A stretch of DNA of 64,000 nucleotides from Enoplolaimus lenunculus. Lineage: Eukaryota. Location: positions 372,001 through 436,000 of the forward strand of contig JASANG010002574.1 in NCBI GenBank assembly GCA_030248215.1. The letters are read 5' to 3'. Of this stretch, positions 26,301 to 38,558 are shown piece by piece; position 1 is the stretch's first letter; the number at the start of each line of letters is the position of its first letter. The notes below the pieces were generated by a model, which did not search any database, had not been told where the DNA came from, and saw only the letters and a list, made by a program, of their open reading frames with translations. Position numbers and translations under genes: made by a program.

Positions 26301-29124
26301 TTGCATTCGCTTAGGCTTAGGCTTAGGCTTAGGAATTCGCTTAGTCTACTGTTACGCCTCTTAAAGTAACATTGGTCCGTCCCTGGATCCGCCATTGGGC
26401 TTTACACTGTATATGCGACTGTTATACACATCATCTTAAGAAATGATTCAACGAACGCATACGGTTGGAAGCTCGTAATTATAGCGAAAAAAATATTGCT
26501 TGCGTGCACTGCCTGTACCTCTCAGACGAATATTGAAATTAAAATAAGGAGGTCGTAAAACTGCAGTAGATGTTGGTACGTAAAACAATTGCTTCTAACA
26601 GTTTAGCACATTTTAAATATATTGCAATAATTGCAAATAACTGCAATTAATCTGCAGTTGCAAGGTTATATAAGACAGTAAAACCAGTGTTGATTACTAT
26701 GCTTTAAATTCGATTGGCTAAAAAAATGGTCAATTACTGTAGTGACCCGAATAAGTGTGGGCGAATCAAACGGGGTCTTCATTTTGAGTACTAAATCAAT
26801 AGAAGTCAGTAACCGTAATAAGCGTCAGTAAGCGGATGGAGTCCGGAAACCCTAATTAGAGGCCATCCTAATTTCTTGATAAACACCAGCTGGTGCGATG
26901 CGGCACCACAAAGACGTATTGCGTGCCCCAGCTGCCATATAAAAATAGCAGGCATATAAAAACATCAAATGAACCGCATTTCAGTTGGTTTTTTAACGTT
27001 GACTTTTATCTTTTTGTGCAGTTAATCAATGGTCTTGAGATATTTACCCTTTCAGTACAGCTGTAAATTGAATTTTAGCAAGCAATGAATAGAAAAATTC
27101 GACAAACGATAAATAAATTTTAAATATTAGCCTAAAAATTAAGAGCTAACCAAAACCGAATGAAATTCATCTTCTGATTACGCTTTCCTTTTTGCCCCAC
27201 GTGGGGCCACATTCCCTATAAGGCGGAAAAGCCTGGCCCGCCACTTCCATCTGTGCAGTACCACGTATGCAATCACACCATCTGCCACCACAAAAAACAA
27301 ATATACATAGCAATTATATACAAAAATACAACAAATTCGCATACTGCAAAACAAACAAAAAAAAACAAAAAAAATAAAAAAAAATCGCTTGTGCAAATAG
27401 ATGAAACTGTACAAAATATATAGGACACAGGTGAAATTGCAAAAATACTGCAACTGCAATATTGTAAATTATCGCTTTGCACAACACCGATTTATATACA
27501 GATTATACCACGCTTGCATTAATATTGCGTACGGCACTTGTGATAATAGTACAAATTGCTACGATGACTGTACTGAGAATAGCAGTAGCCCAAAATATTA
27601 TTGCTAGGATGCACTATTCTGGATTCAAACAGGCGGAGCGTACGCCGTCACTATCAGAAAATTTTTTTGTGATAAAATGGTAAGATTTTTTTATCTTACA
27701 CCTTTTCCTTCTGATAAAATTGTCACATATATAGCATACAGTAAAAATTGAGTTTCATAACTTTTGTCGGTCGCCACCGGCGGACAGAAATTACGGGATC
27801 TGCCACTGGTGGGATGTAACGTATTAAATTAAACCACAGCATATTTAAAATGTTAAACCTATTGAATTTTTTACACATTATAAGTATGTATAAAATATAT
27901 ATAAATATAAATATATAAACATAAATAAATAAATAAATACATAAATAAATATTTGTATATATATGTATATATATATATATGTATATATTATACATATATA
28001 AAGCATTAAGAACGGTTAATTGTCTTATGGCTTTTTTACACTTTTCCTAGTTTTAAAAATTTTCAAACTTTGCCTATAATTTAGGCTTAGGCTTTTAGGC
28101 TTAAACTTGTGGGGATTATTGCAATTATTTGTCAAATTTCTAATACAAATACCGTCTATTTTAATGTACTTTTAAAAATAATTTTTGAAAAAGAACATTT
28201 TAAACGCGACTCGCACCACGTTTTTTAGTTGCATATTTCTTGTGTAAAATAAAAAACATAAAACTTGTTCGGTTTAAAATAGCACATTTCGCAAATTCGT
28301 GTAGCAACGACGCAATTTCATTCGTCAAACAGTGCAAAAAATGTTTAATTTAGTTTTTTTTGTGTGTGCAGTTGTACCATAGTGTTTACTCAAAACAGCA
28401 ATGAGTCGACGCAATTTTTAAATTCACCACGGCCGCCCTACTAGCGGATCCAGAGGGGGCGGGGCGGCCTACGCCCCCCTGTCAGATTTTTTGCATAGAA
28501 TAATAAGGTTGCCTATTTTACAATTTTCTCCCTCGGAATTTTTTTTGTAAAAAAATTCAATTTTTACCTTCCAAAATTTTCGTGTGACAAAACATTACAA
28601 TTTTTGTCATTCGAAAATTTTTTGGTGATAAAATAATAAAAATCCCCCGTCTACGGTACAAGTTTTCCACCTCAGAAAATTATTGTTACTGATTCAATAA
28701 TAACGTACCCCGTTACAATTTTTGTGTTTCGTAACATTTGCCAGCCCATCACCCCCCCCCCATCGTCCGACATTTTTGGATCCGCGCTCTTGGCCGCCCT
28801 CCCTTCCAAAATTCCTGATTGTGCAACTGGACAAGGAGCTACAGTATAAATTGCTTCCCCAATGTCTTAAATTGTCTCATTTCTTCAATTTTTACTTCAT
28901 CTATCAGCCTATCTGTACACTAAGGGTTACGCTATACCTTATACTCAGCTGGACGCCGGCATGCGACGCTACACACCGCCGCTCTGCGGCATCCAGTATC
29001 GCACAGCGGCGCGCGACAAGTATAGCGCAATGCTCGTGAGGCTTCGTTGACTATTATATTGCGCCTCTCTTTGACAGCCCTATGATAAATTCAAGCTTAT
29101 TGGTGTACGTTTCATGCAATTTAA

Positions 29125-29387
29125 CCGTTTCTCATATGAATATTTTCTATTTCCCCTGAGACCTACTTTTATGCCAGGATTCGTACTCCAGTGACTGGAG
29201 TGGCAGGCGTATACCACCACCACTCAGCTATAGGAGCTTGACGCTCGAGCCCGAGGGGGCTCTCACGTCTTGTGGTGATTTAGTACTATGTATACGTGTT
29301 GCAATTGTTAAACACGGTGCGATATATACTATTTAACGTATATACAGTGCGCTGAATTGCCTACAGGCAACTCAATGTGAGAAGGGG
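29125..29387. mobile_element. piggyBac-type MITE with tRNA-like core, copy 4
   Basis: TTAA|CCGTTTCTCATATG ... ATGTGAGAAGGGG|TTAT. Confidence 0.8.
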
Positions 29388-29420
29388 TTATAGATAGTAA
29401 ACTGAAAATTTTTCGCTTAA

Positions 29421-29674
29421 CCCTTTCTCACATGAATATTTTCTATTTCCCCTGAGACCTACATTTATGCCAGGATTCGTACTCCAGTGACTGGAGTTGG
29501 AGGCGTATACCATCACCACTCAGCTATAGTTGCTTGACGCTCGAGCCCGAGGGGGTTCTCACGTCTTGTGGTGATTTAGTACTATGTATACGTGTTGCAA
29601 TTGTTAAACACGGTGCGATATATACTATTTACCGTAAATACACTGCGCTGAGTTGCCTATGGGCAACTCAATGT
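29421..29674. mobile_element. piggyBac-type MITE with tRNA-like core, copy 5 (right TIR truncated)
   Basis: TTAA|CCCTTTCTCACATG start; body matches the other copies and stops at ...CTCAATGT. Confidence 0.8.
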
Positions 29675-29710
29675 TGAAATATGGATGTTTTCAAAGCGTC
29701 ACAGACTTAC

Positions 29711-29846
29711 CTTTTTGAAGATATCGATATTCCAGAATCCGCATTTTCTGAATCCCGACGATTCCCACGGCAGCGATGCGAGATTGAGCTTAGTTTAGTC
29801 GAATCATGCAACGGAGGAAGTGTGCGAACCGGTGGAAATGTGAACT
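29711..29846 (-). CDS. Internal coding exon of the unidentified minus-strand gene (EFTFPPVRTLPPLHDSTKLSSISHRCRGNRRDSENADSGISISSKR)
   Basis: Acceptor ttattttcAG at 29847 and consensus donor AG|GTAAGT at 29710. Phase 1 in and phase 2 out join 31113 and 15571 in frame. Confidence 0.78.
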
Positions 29847-30696
29847 CTGAAAATAAAATAGACATTCTGGCCAATGTTACTTTAAGGGGCGTAACAGTAG
29901 ATTAAGCGTATTCCTAAGCCGAAGCCTAAAGCATAAGCAAAAAATGTAATCTAGAATCTAAACCTACCTTTTTATAGACCCACCAGAAACCTGGACACCC
30001 GGTCGATTGCAGAAAATTTGACATAGTTGGACCCAGTCTCACAAGCTGCATTGCATAGTGTATAGTTTGTCTAACTTTTTACTAAAAATTTTTTGGGTAC
30101 CAAAGTGGGCGTTGAGGCCTTAAAAATCATATTTTTCAAAAATTCAAATTTGGGCATGGAATGAACACAGGATGTAATGACAAGCTCAAATATGAAAAAA
30201 ATCTTCAAAATCGAACCATTTTTGTGCAAACGCTGGCTGTGACGACAACTTTAGGCAACAATGTTTTAGAAATGTGTCTTTATGATTCATTTTGAAATAA
30301 AATCACGGCTAATTCCCTGACATCACTCCATTTTGCGCAAACCAACTACTCGACAGGCGCCAGGGTTCATCGGGAGATGAAAAACTACCACAGCCTGTAG
30401 TGAACAGAATTCGCCGGTATAGCAGCCGGAACTGGAAGTAAAGCAAAATCAAGTAGCTAAAGGCATGTTAATTTCCCTAAAACTTAACAATGCATTACGA
30501 AGTATTACTGACAGGTTAATTCGAGTGTTTTGCGGTCAAAATTGGGAAAATTTATGCTTCAAAAATTGTTCAAAAATCGTAAAACCAAACTTCACTAAAG
30601 AACACAAGTTTGACAAAAATACGAAAAATTTCACAAGCAAAAGTGTCGAACCCGCCGGCAAAAATTCAACCCAGAAGCCAGGTTCGATTTACATCC

Positions 30697-31038
30697 CATC
30701 TCAGAACAGAAGGCAGACATCCGGTTAAGCCAAAATCGATTTAGATCTCATCCCAGAACAGAAGGCAGACATCCGGCTAAGCCAAATTTGATTTAGATCT
30801 CATCCCAGAACAGAAGGCAGACATCCGGTTAAGCCAAATTCGATTTCGATCTCATCCCAGAACAGAAGGCAGACATCCGGTTAAGCCAAAATCGATTTAG
30901 ATCTCATCCTAGAACAGAAGGCAGACATCCGGTTAAGCCAAATTCGATTTCGATCTCATCCCAGAACAGAAGGCAGACATCCGGTTAAGCCAAAATCGAT
31001 TTAGATCTCATCCCAGAACAGAATGCAGACATCCGGTT
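30697..31038. repeat. 52-bp tandem repeat x ~6.5 (intronic)
   Basis: Unit CATCCCAGAACAGAAGGCAGACATCCGGTTAAGCCAAAATCGATTTAGATCT at 30697, 30749, 30801, 30853, 30905, 30957 and 31009. Confidence 0.95.
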
Positions 31039-31112
31039 GTACCGTGGCAGGTACCATAACTTTGGTTTAATGCAATTCGAAAAAAACCCGGAAATAACCA
31101 ACCAGATTTTAC

Positions 31113-31368
31113 CTAAACCGCTTGAGCAATCGACTGTCGGTGTAGTACAGTTCGATCGAAAATCAATTAAATCGCCAGTTTCATTGGTATCATGAAGTTG
31201 CGACTCCGAACACACAAATTGGGTTTGAAATTTAGGTTCAACTTTGGGCGTTATGCTACCATCAATCTCAGGCGTGCTGTTATTGGTCAATTCGTTGTCG
31301 GAAGTAACGCGTTTTGCGGCGTTTGATTGGATGTCGCCAATTTGAGTTAAATATGTTTCACTGGTCAT
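31113..31368 (-). CDS. Probable first (or early) coding exon of the unidentified Ser/Thr-rich gene (MTSETYLTQIG...VDCSSGL)
   Basis: ATG at 31368 in AAAACAATG context; 85 open codons; donor TTAG|GTAAAA at 31112 in phase 1, matching exon 29711-29846. The true start is uncertain. Confidence 0.65.
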
Positions 31369-31972
31369 TGTTTTCTTATTAATATGTTCGGCTCTGGTAT
31401 TTGAACTTGCCGGGTATTATTTTTATATAAAACTTCAAAAAATTTATACCATCATTCGTATTTATGCCAAGTACCATCCATCGGACTGGTTGGTTTACTG
31501 ACTTTCACACATTTTTTGTTACATGTGTAATGTAAATGTTTGCATGTTACCGTGTACGATCACAATATTTAATAGGTTACAATAACGCTGGAAAACCAGA
31601 TGTAGATGACGAGTGATATTCTAGGGGCGTAACAGAATATATCTCAGCAATTTTTATTACTTATTCCTAAGGCTAATCTTAAACGTCAGCGTGAAAATGA
31701 GTCTATAACCAAGCCTAAATCTAAGCAAAAATAATAGCCTTAATAACAGCCTTTCATGGGCGGAGGCTGGTCATGTGAAATCTCGGTCTCGTTCCACTTT
31801 AAGTCATCACCAATAAAAATGAAATTTTCAAAACAAATTATTTCTAATGATTTTTCGTAGTTTTTGTGTTTTTCATAGATTTTTGTGTGTTTTCAGAATA
31901 TCTGCTAATAATTAATGCGCAACTATGTGAAAATTTATAGATTCATAGCGAAATTTTATTCTTACAGGTCTA

Positions 31973-32222
31973 CTGTAGTGACCCGAATAAGAGAGTATGA
32001 CTGGTATCGAGAGCCAAAAAATTGCGTAATCCTAAACGTAAAACCTAAGACTAAAGCCAAAGGAATTGCTTGCAATGAATTCTTTTGAAATCCCAAAACC
32101 CCAAAATACTAAACTTCCACCACAAAGCAGTCAAGTATACATGGGTCCGGACTCCTATTGATTAAGACTCAAGACGGGGTTACCCCTTATTACCTCCCCC
32201 CTCTCCTTCGGGTCACTACCTG
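31973..32222. mobile_element. Tc1/mariner-type MITE (TA TSD) nested in another element
   Basis: TA|CTGTAGTGACCCGAA ... TTCGGGTCACTACCTG|TA. The empty site is visible in the paralogous host copy at 9583-9584; relatives at 40968-41410 and ~26738. Confidence 0.8.
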
Positions 32223-32401
32223 TACCAGCATTTGCTGAATCATCGACATTATCGGTCAATTTTTGGTATCCGGTCGCATACCGGTGTTTACAAAAGGCTA
32301 TATATGACTAAACATATGCTTTTGGAACATTGTCTATTACTTATAATTAATTCTAAGTTAAGTAGTACCATACAGACCGTTCACGAAAATTTTGTTGCGG
32401 A

Positions 32402-35400
32402 TGCGGTGGGACTAGAACCCACGACGTGCGGTGGGACTCGAACCCACGACGTGCGGTGGGACTCGAACCCACGACGTGCGGTGGGACTCGAACCCACGAC
32501 GTGCGGTGGGACTAGAACCCACGACGTGCGGTGGGACTCGAACCCACGACGTGCGGTGGGACTCGAACCCACGACGTGCGGTGGGACTCGAACGCACGAC
32601 GTGCGGGGGACTCGAACCCACGACGTGCGGTGGGACTCAAACCCCGACGTGCGGGACTAGACCCACGACGTGCGGTGGGACTCGAACCCACGACGAGCGG
32701 TGGGACTCGAACCCACGACGTGCGGTGGACTCGAACCCACGACGTGCGGTGGGACTCGAACCCACGACGTGCGGTGGGACTAGAACCCACGACGTGCGGT
32801 GGGACTCGAACCCACGACGTGCGGTGGGACTCGAACCCACGACGTGCGGTGGGACTAGAACCCACGACGTGCGGTGGGACTCGAACCCACGACGTGCGGT
32901 GGGACACTCGAACCCACGACGTGCGGTGGGACTCGAACCCACGGCGTGCGTGGGACTCGACCCACGACGTGCGGGGGGACCCGATCCCACGTCGTGCGTT
33001 GGGACTCGACCCCACGTCGTGCGGTGGGACTCGAACCCACGACGTGCGGTGGGACTAGAACCCACGACGTGCGGTGGGACTCGAACCCACGACGTGCGGT
33101 GGGACTAGAACCACGTCGTGGGGTGGGACTAGTACCCACGTCGTGCGGTGGGACTCGAACCACGACGTGCGGGTGGGCTGACCCCGGCGTGCGGTGGGAC
33201 TCGACCCACGACGTGCGGTGGGACTCGACCCACGACGTGCGGGTGGGACTCGAACCCACGCGTGCCGGTGGGACTCGATCCCTCGTCGTGCGGTGGGACT
33301 CGAACCCACGACGTGCGGTGGGACTCGACCCACGACGTGCGGTGGGACTCGACCCGCGACGTGCGGTGGGACTGAACCCACGACGTGCGGGTGGGCTCGA
33401 CCACGACGTGCGGTGGGACTCGAACCCACGACGTGCGGGGGGACTCGAACCCACGACGTGCGGTGGGACTCGACCCACGACGTGCGGTGGGACTATACCC
33501 ACGACGTGCGGGTGGGACTCGAACCCACGACGTGCGGGTGGGCTCGACCCACGACGTGCGGTGGGCTCGAACCCACGACGTGCGGTGGGACTGAACCCAC
33601 GACGTGCGGTGGGCTCGACCCACGACGTGCGGGTGGGCTCGGACCCCACGACGTGCGGTGGGACTAGAACCCACGACGTGCGGTGGGACTCGAACCCACG
33701 ACGTGCGGGTGGGACGTCGCCCACGACGTGCGGTGGGACTCGAACCCACGACGTGCGGTGGGACTCGACCCACGACGTGCGGTGGACTCGACCCACGACG
33801 TGCGGTGGCTCGACCCCGCGTGCGGTGGGCTCGACCCACGACGTGCGGGTGGGACTAGAACCCCACGACGTGCGGTGGGACTCGAACCCACGACGTGCGG
33901 GGACTCGAACCCACTCGAACCCACGACGTGCGGTGGGACTCGACCCCACGACGTGCGGTGGGACTCGAACCCACGACGTGCGTTGGGACTCGAACCCACG
34001 ACGTGCGGTGACTCGACCCACGACGTGCGGGTGGGACTCGAACCCACGACGTGCGTGACTCGACCCACGCGGCGGCTCGCCCACTCGAACCCCGACGGCG
34101 GTGCGACTCGAACCCACGACGTGCGGTGGGACTCGAACCCACTCGAACCCACGACGTGCGGTGGGACTCGAACCCACGACGTGCGTTGGGACTCGAACCC
34201 ACGACGTGCGGTGGGACTCGAACCCACGTGCGACTCGAACCCACGACGTGCGGTGGGACTCGAACCCACTCGAACCCACGACGTGCGGTGGGACTCGAAC
34301 CCACGACGTGCGTTGGGACTCGAACCCACGACGTGCGGTGGGACTCGAACCCACTCGAACCCACGACGTGCGGTGGGACTCGAACCCACTCGAACCCACG
34401 ACGTGCGGTGGGACTCGAACCCACGACGTGCGTTGGGACTCGAACCCACTCGAACCCACGACGTGCGGTGGGACTCGAACCCACGACGTGCGGTGGGACT
34501 CGAACCCACGACGTGCGTTGGGACTCGAACCCACGACGTGAGGTGGGACTCGAACCCACTCGAACCCACGACGTGCGGTGGGACTCGAACCCACGACGTG
34601 CGGTGGGACTCGAACCCACGACGTGTGGTGGGACTCGAACCCACGACGTGCGGTGGGACTCGAACCCACGACGTGCGTTGGACTCGAACCCACGACGTGC
34701 GGTGGACTAGAACCCACGACGTGCGGTGGGACTCGAACCCACGACGTGCGGTGGGACTAGACCCACGACGTGCGGTGGACGACCCGACGTGCGGGGGACT
34801 CGAACCCGCGTGCGGTGGCTCGAACCCACGACGTGCGGTGGGACTCGAACCCACGACGTGCGGTGGGACTAGAACCCACGACGTGCGGTGGGACTCGAAC
34901 CCACGATGTGCGGTGGGACTCGAACCCACGACGGCGGGACTCGACCACGACGTGCGGGGATCGACCACGACGGCGGTGGCTCGACCCACGACGCGTGGGA
35001 CTGACCCGCGCGGGGACGAACCCCGCGGGGGCTGACCCCGCGTCGGGGGACTCGACCACGACGGCGGTGGGACTCGACCCGACGCGGGGACTCGACCCCG
35101 GCGCGGCTCCCCCGCGCGGGGCCGCCCCGCGCGGACTCGACCCACGACGGCGGGGGACTCGCCCACGCGTGCGGGGGACTAGACCCACGACGGCGGGGAC
35201 TCGACCCACGCGTGCGACCGACCACGCGGCGGGGACTGAACCCACCGGCGGGGACCGCCCGACGGCGGACACCCCGGCGGCGGGGACCGACCCAGCGGCG
35301 GGGGACTCGCCCACGCGGCGGGGGACTCGCCCGCGGCGGGGGCCGACCCACGCGGCGGGGACCGCCCACGCGTGCGGTGGACCGCCCACGACGGCGGGGG

Positions 35401-36670
35401 ACTCGCCCACGCGGCGGGGGACTAGACCCACGCGGCGGGGGACCGCCCGCGGCGGGGGACCGCCCACGCGGCGGGGGACCGCCCACGACGGCGGGGGACT
35501 CGACCCACGCGGCGGGGGACTAACCCACGCGCGGGGGACCGACCCACGACGTGCGGTGGGACCGACCCACGCGGCGGGGGACCGACCCACGCGGCGGGGG
35601 ACGACCCACGACGGCGGGGGACCGCCCACGACGGCGGGGGACCGACCCACGACGGCGGGGCTGAACCCACGACGGCGGGGACCGCCCCGCGGCGGTGGGA
35701 CCGCCCACGCGGCGGGGGACCCCACGCGGCGGGGCCGCCCCGCGGCGGGGGACCGCCCGCGTGCGGGGGACCGCCCCGCGGCGGGGACCGCCCACGCGTG
35801 CGGGGGACTGACCCACGACGGCGGTGGGACCACCCACGACGGCGGGGGACCGACCCCCGACCCACGACGGCGGGGGACCGACCCACGACGGCGGGGGACC
35901 GACCCACGACGGCGGGGACCGACCCACGCGGCGGGGACCGCCCCGCGGCGGGGGACCGAACCCCGACGTGCGGTGGGACTCGAACCCACGACGTGCGGGG
36001 GACTCGAACCCCCCCCACGTGCGGGGGACTCGACCCACGACGTGCGGTGGGACTCGACCCACCGACCCACGACGTGCGGGGCCGACCCACGACGTCGGAC
36101 CGCCCACGACGGCGGGGACTCGACCCACGCGTGCGTGACTCGACCCGACGTCGTGGGACTCGACCCACTCGACCCACGCGGCGTGGGACTCGAACCCACG
36201 ACGTCGCGACTCGAACCCACGACGTGCGGTGGCCGACCCACTCGACCCACGACGTGCGGTGGGACTCGAACCCACGACGTGCGGTGGGACTCGAACCCAC
36301 GACGTGCGGTGGGCCTCGACCCACTCGAACCCACGACGTGCGGTGGACTCGAACCCACGACGCGGGGACTCGAACCCACTCGACCCACGACGTGCGGTGG
36401 GACTCGAACCCACGACGTGCGGTGGGACTAACCCACGACGTGCGTGACTCGACCCACGACGTGCGGTGGGCTCGAACCCACTCGAACCCACGACGTGCGG
36501 TGGGACTCGACCCACGACGTGCGGTTGGACTCGAACCCCGACGTGCGGTGGACTCGAACCCACGACGTGCGGTGGGACTCGAACCCACGACGTGCGTTGG
36601 GACTCGAACCCACGACGTGCGGTGGGACTCGAACCCACTCGAACCCACGACGTGCGGTGGGACTCGAACC
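32402..36670 (-). repeat. ~4.3-kb tandem array of a 25-bp tRNA T-arm/B-box unit
   Basis: Plus-strand unit TGCGGTGGGACTCGAACCCACGACG equals minus-strand CGTC-GTGGG-TTCGAGT-CCCAC-CGCA; roughly 170 unit lengths. Regular at both ends, degenerate and very GC-rich at ~34930-36000. Confidence 0.95.
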
Positions 36671-36721
36671 CATGACGCACGGATTACCGGTCCGCTGCTC
36701 TAACTACTGAGCTACGCAGAT
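36650..36721 (-). pseudogene. tRNA-Thr(GGT)-like pseudogene or tRNA-derived SINE head
   Basis: Minus strand folds as ATCTGCG TA GCTC AGTAGTTA GAGC A GCGGA CC-GGT-AA TCCGT GCGTC ATGGG TTCGAGT CCCAC CGCA. D, anticodon and T arms have tRNA spacing, but only 4 bp of acceptor stem pair, position 33 is C and the D loop lacks GG. Confidence 0.75.
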
Positions 36722-37648
36722 GCTTTTGGAACATTGTCTATTACTTAAAATTAAATTTAAGTATAAAACTTAGCCTGAATACGAAATAGTTTTATATATC
36801 TTATAAATATTTCGTCACGCCAACAGTCGATGCTGAGTCTTTGGTAAACGTATGCCGATGAAATATAACAGTTTTGCTCACAAAATAACGGAAGCATTTC
36901 GTTAATAGCTTATTGCTTAAAAACGCGCAAAGTTACCCGTTTGAAATAGGACTGTCGAGCAGAAACGCAACGCGCACTGGGTACATTTGTTTCTTCGCAC
37001 GGCCAATGTTACTTTACGGGGCGTAACAGTATATTAAGCATATCCCTAAGCCTAAGCCTGAGTGTTGCAAAAACGTATTCCTAAGCCTAAGCCTAAGCAA
37101 AAATGTAATATAGAATGTAAACCTACACAATTATAGACCCACCAGAAACCTGGACGCCCCTTAACATGGGCCCTTCGCACAATACATCAGCTTGCTCAAG
37201 ACTTGCATCCAGTCATGGTAACATTCCAGCTTTAGTAAAGTAGGCATGACAACGCTGAAGTAAATTATTTGAAATTGTTTAGAAGGATCAGATAGAATTA
37301 TACAACTCCACTCTGTGGTAACCAAAGAGATAAACTGCAGTTCCTGTGAAATGCAATTAATTTTACATTATCATGTATTAATAATACCACCTTTAGGGTT
37401 GCGCTATACTGGCCGCGCGTCACCACACGCCACATCTAAAATTTTAGATGTGACGTTCGGTGCTGGATACTGGCGCATGGCACCAATGACGTGCGGTGTC
37501 GTGCGGCAGCGTGCGACAAGTAAATATATCGCAGCCTTGATGAGATGTTAACACAAGGCTGGATCGTCGGTTCGAAATGATTTGCAGAGTTTACACTAAA
37601 ATTCAGCTAATGATTATTGTGTTTTAGTGTAAACAGCATACTGTGTAA

Positions 37649-37925
37649 AGCCCTATTCACACGTGCAAGTTTTTACTGCGAGAACTTCCTGCGACAACTT
37701 GCACTTGCAAGTTTTGTTCAAAATCCAGTTCGAAAAACGTGCAACTGTAAATAATTCATTAAAAATGAAAGATAGGAACTTTAGTTTACGTGTGTGAATA
37801 ACCATGCAATTTCAATGAATTCATTACATCCGCTTTCTTATTGGCTGATGAAAAAATACAAATTCTGCGTGCATTTTTGCAGCTGCAAGTTCTCGCAGTA
37901 AAAACTTGCCCGTGTTAATAGGGCT
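37649..37925. mobile_element. PIF/Harbinger-type MITE
   Basis: TAA|AGCCCTATTCACACGTGCAAGTTTTTACTGCGAGAACTT ... AAGTTCTCGCAGTAAAAACTTGCCCGTGTTAATAGGGCT|TAA (~39-bp TIR, TAA TSD). Confidence 0.8.
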
Positions 37926-38558
37926 TAAGGAAAACACTGCCAATTCAAGGGTATATATTCATTCAAATAGGTGACATTGCACGATAATAAACGATTTACG
38001 ATTGGCCTAAAATTTTTATTTTTAACACGCCCATATATATGGATCATGTAAAGTTCAGCGGCTGAATGTTTTTGTGGGACAGCAATAGAGTAAGCGTAAG
38101 CTTTAGACTAATTTTTTTGCTTGGCTTATACTTAGGCTTAGAAATATGCTTATTATACTTTTCCGTCTCTGTTCTTTACATTTGCCACATATATTAACGT
38201 GCATACTTAATTTCTGCTAACAGGCCGTAACCGGTTATCAGTTTCCGTTTCCGGTAAAAATCGGTGTACGTATTTATTACAGAAATACGGAAGATTTTGT
38301 AAATTTTATGCTCTCAATAAGATATGCTGCAATTGTTTGATACGAAATAACCATTACAAAATTCATCAAAAATCTTAAACATTTCGATTCAGATGCTATT
38401 TCTTTAAAATTTTAGAAATCCCGGTGAATATTTGCATGTCTCTCAATTGTGTGGGCAGAAAAATAAAACATCTTTGAAACTTCCTATAATTCAATATCCG
38501 CTTTCCGTTTTCGTTATTTTACTATCTGTTTACAACCTATAGCCTTCGATTGATACAC

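Noticed and set aside
27178..27290. GC-richer minus-strand stretch with possible AG/GT boundaries
   Set aside because: It cannot be inserted in frame between exons 29711 and 15571, and the donor (GTAATC) is weak. It could still be an alternative exon but is unsupported.
32402..36670. CRISPR array (short palindromic repeat)
   Set aside because: Units are head-to-tail with no unique spacers, there are no cas genes, the context is eukaryotic, and the unit is a tRNA T-arm.
32232..36710. Long overlapping ORFs of up to 620 aa on both strands
   Set aside because: They are by-products of a GC-rich, stop-poor 25-bp repeat that is open in most frames, with no splice or domain evidence.
36650..36721. 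Functional tRNA-Thr gene
   Set aside because: The acceptor stem pairs for only 4 bp, U33 and the D-loop GG are missing, and the 3' end runs into the array.
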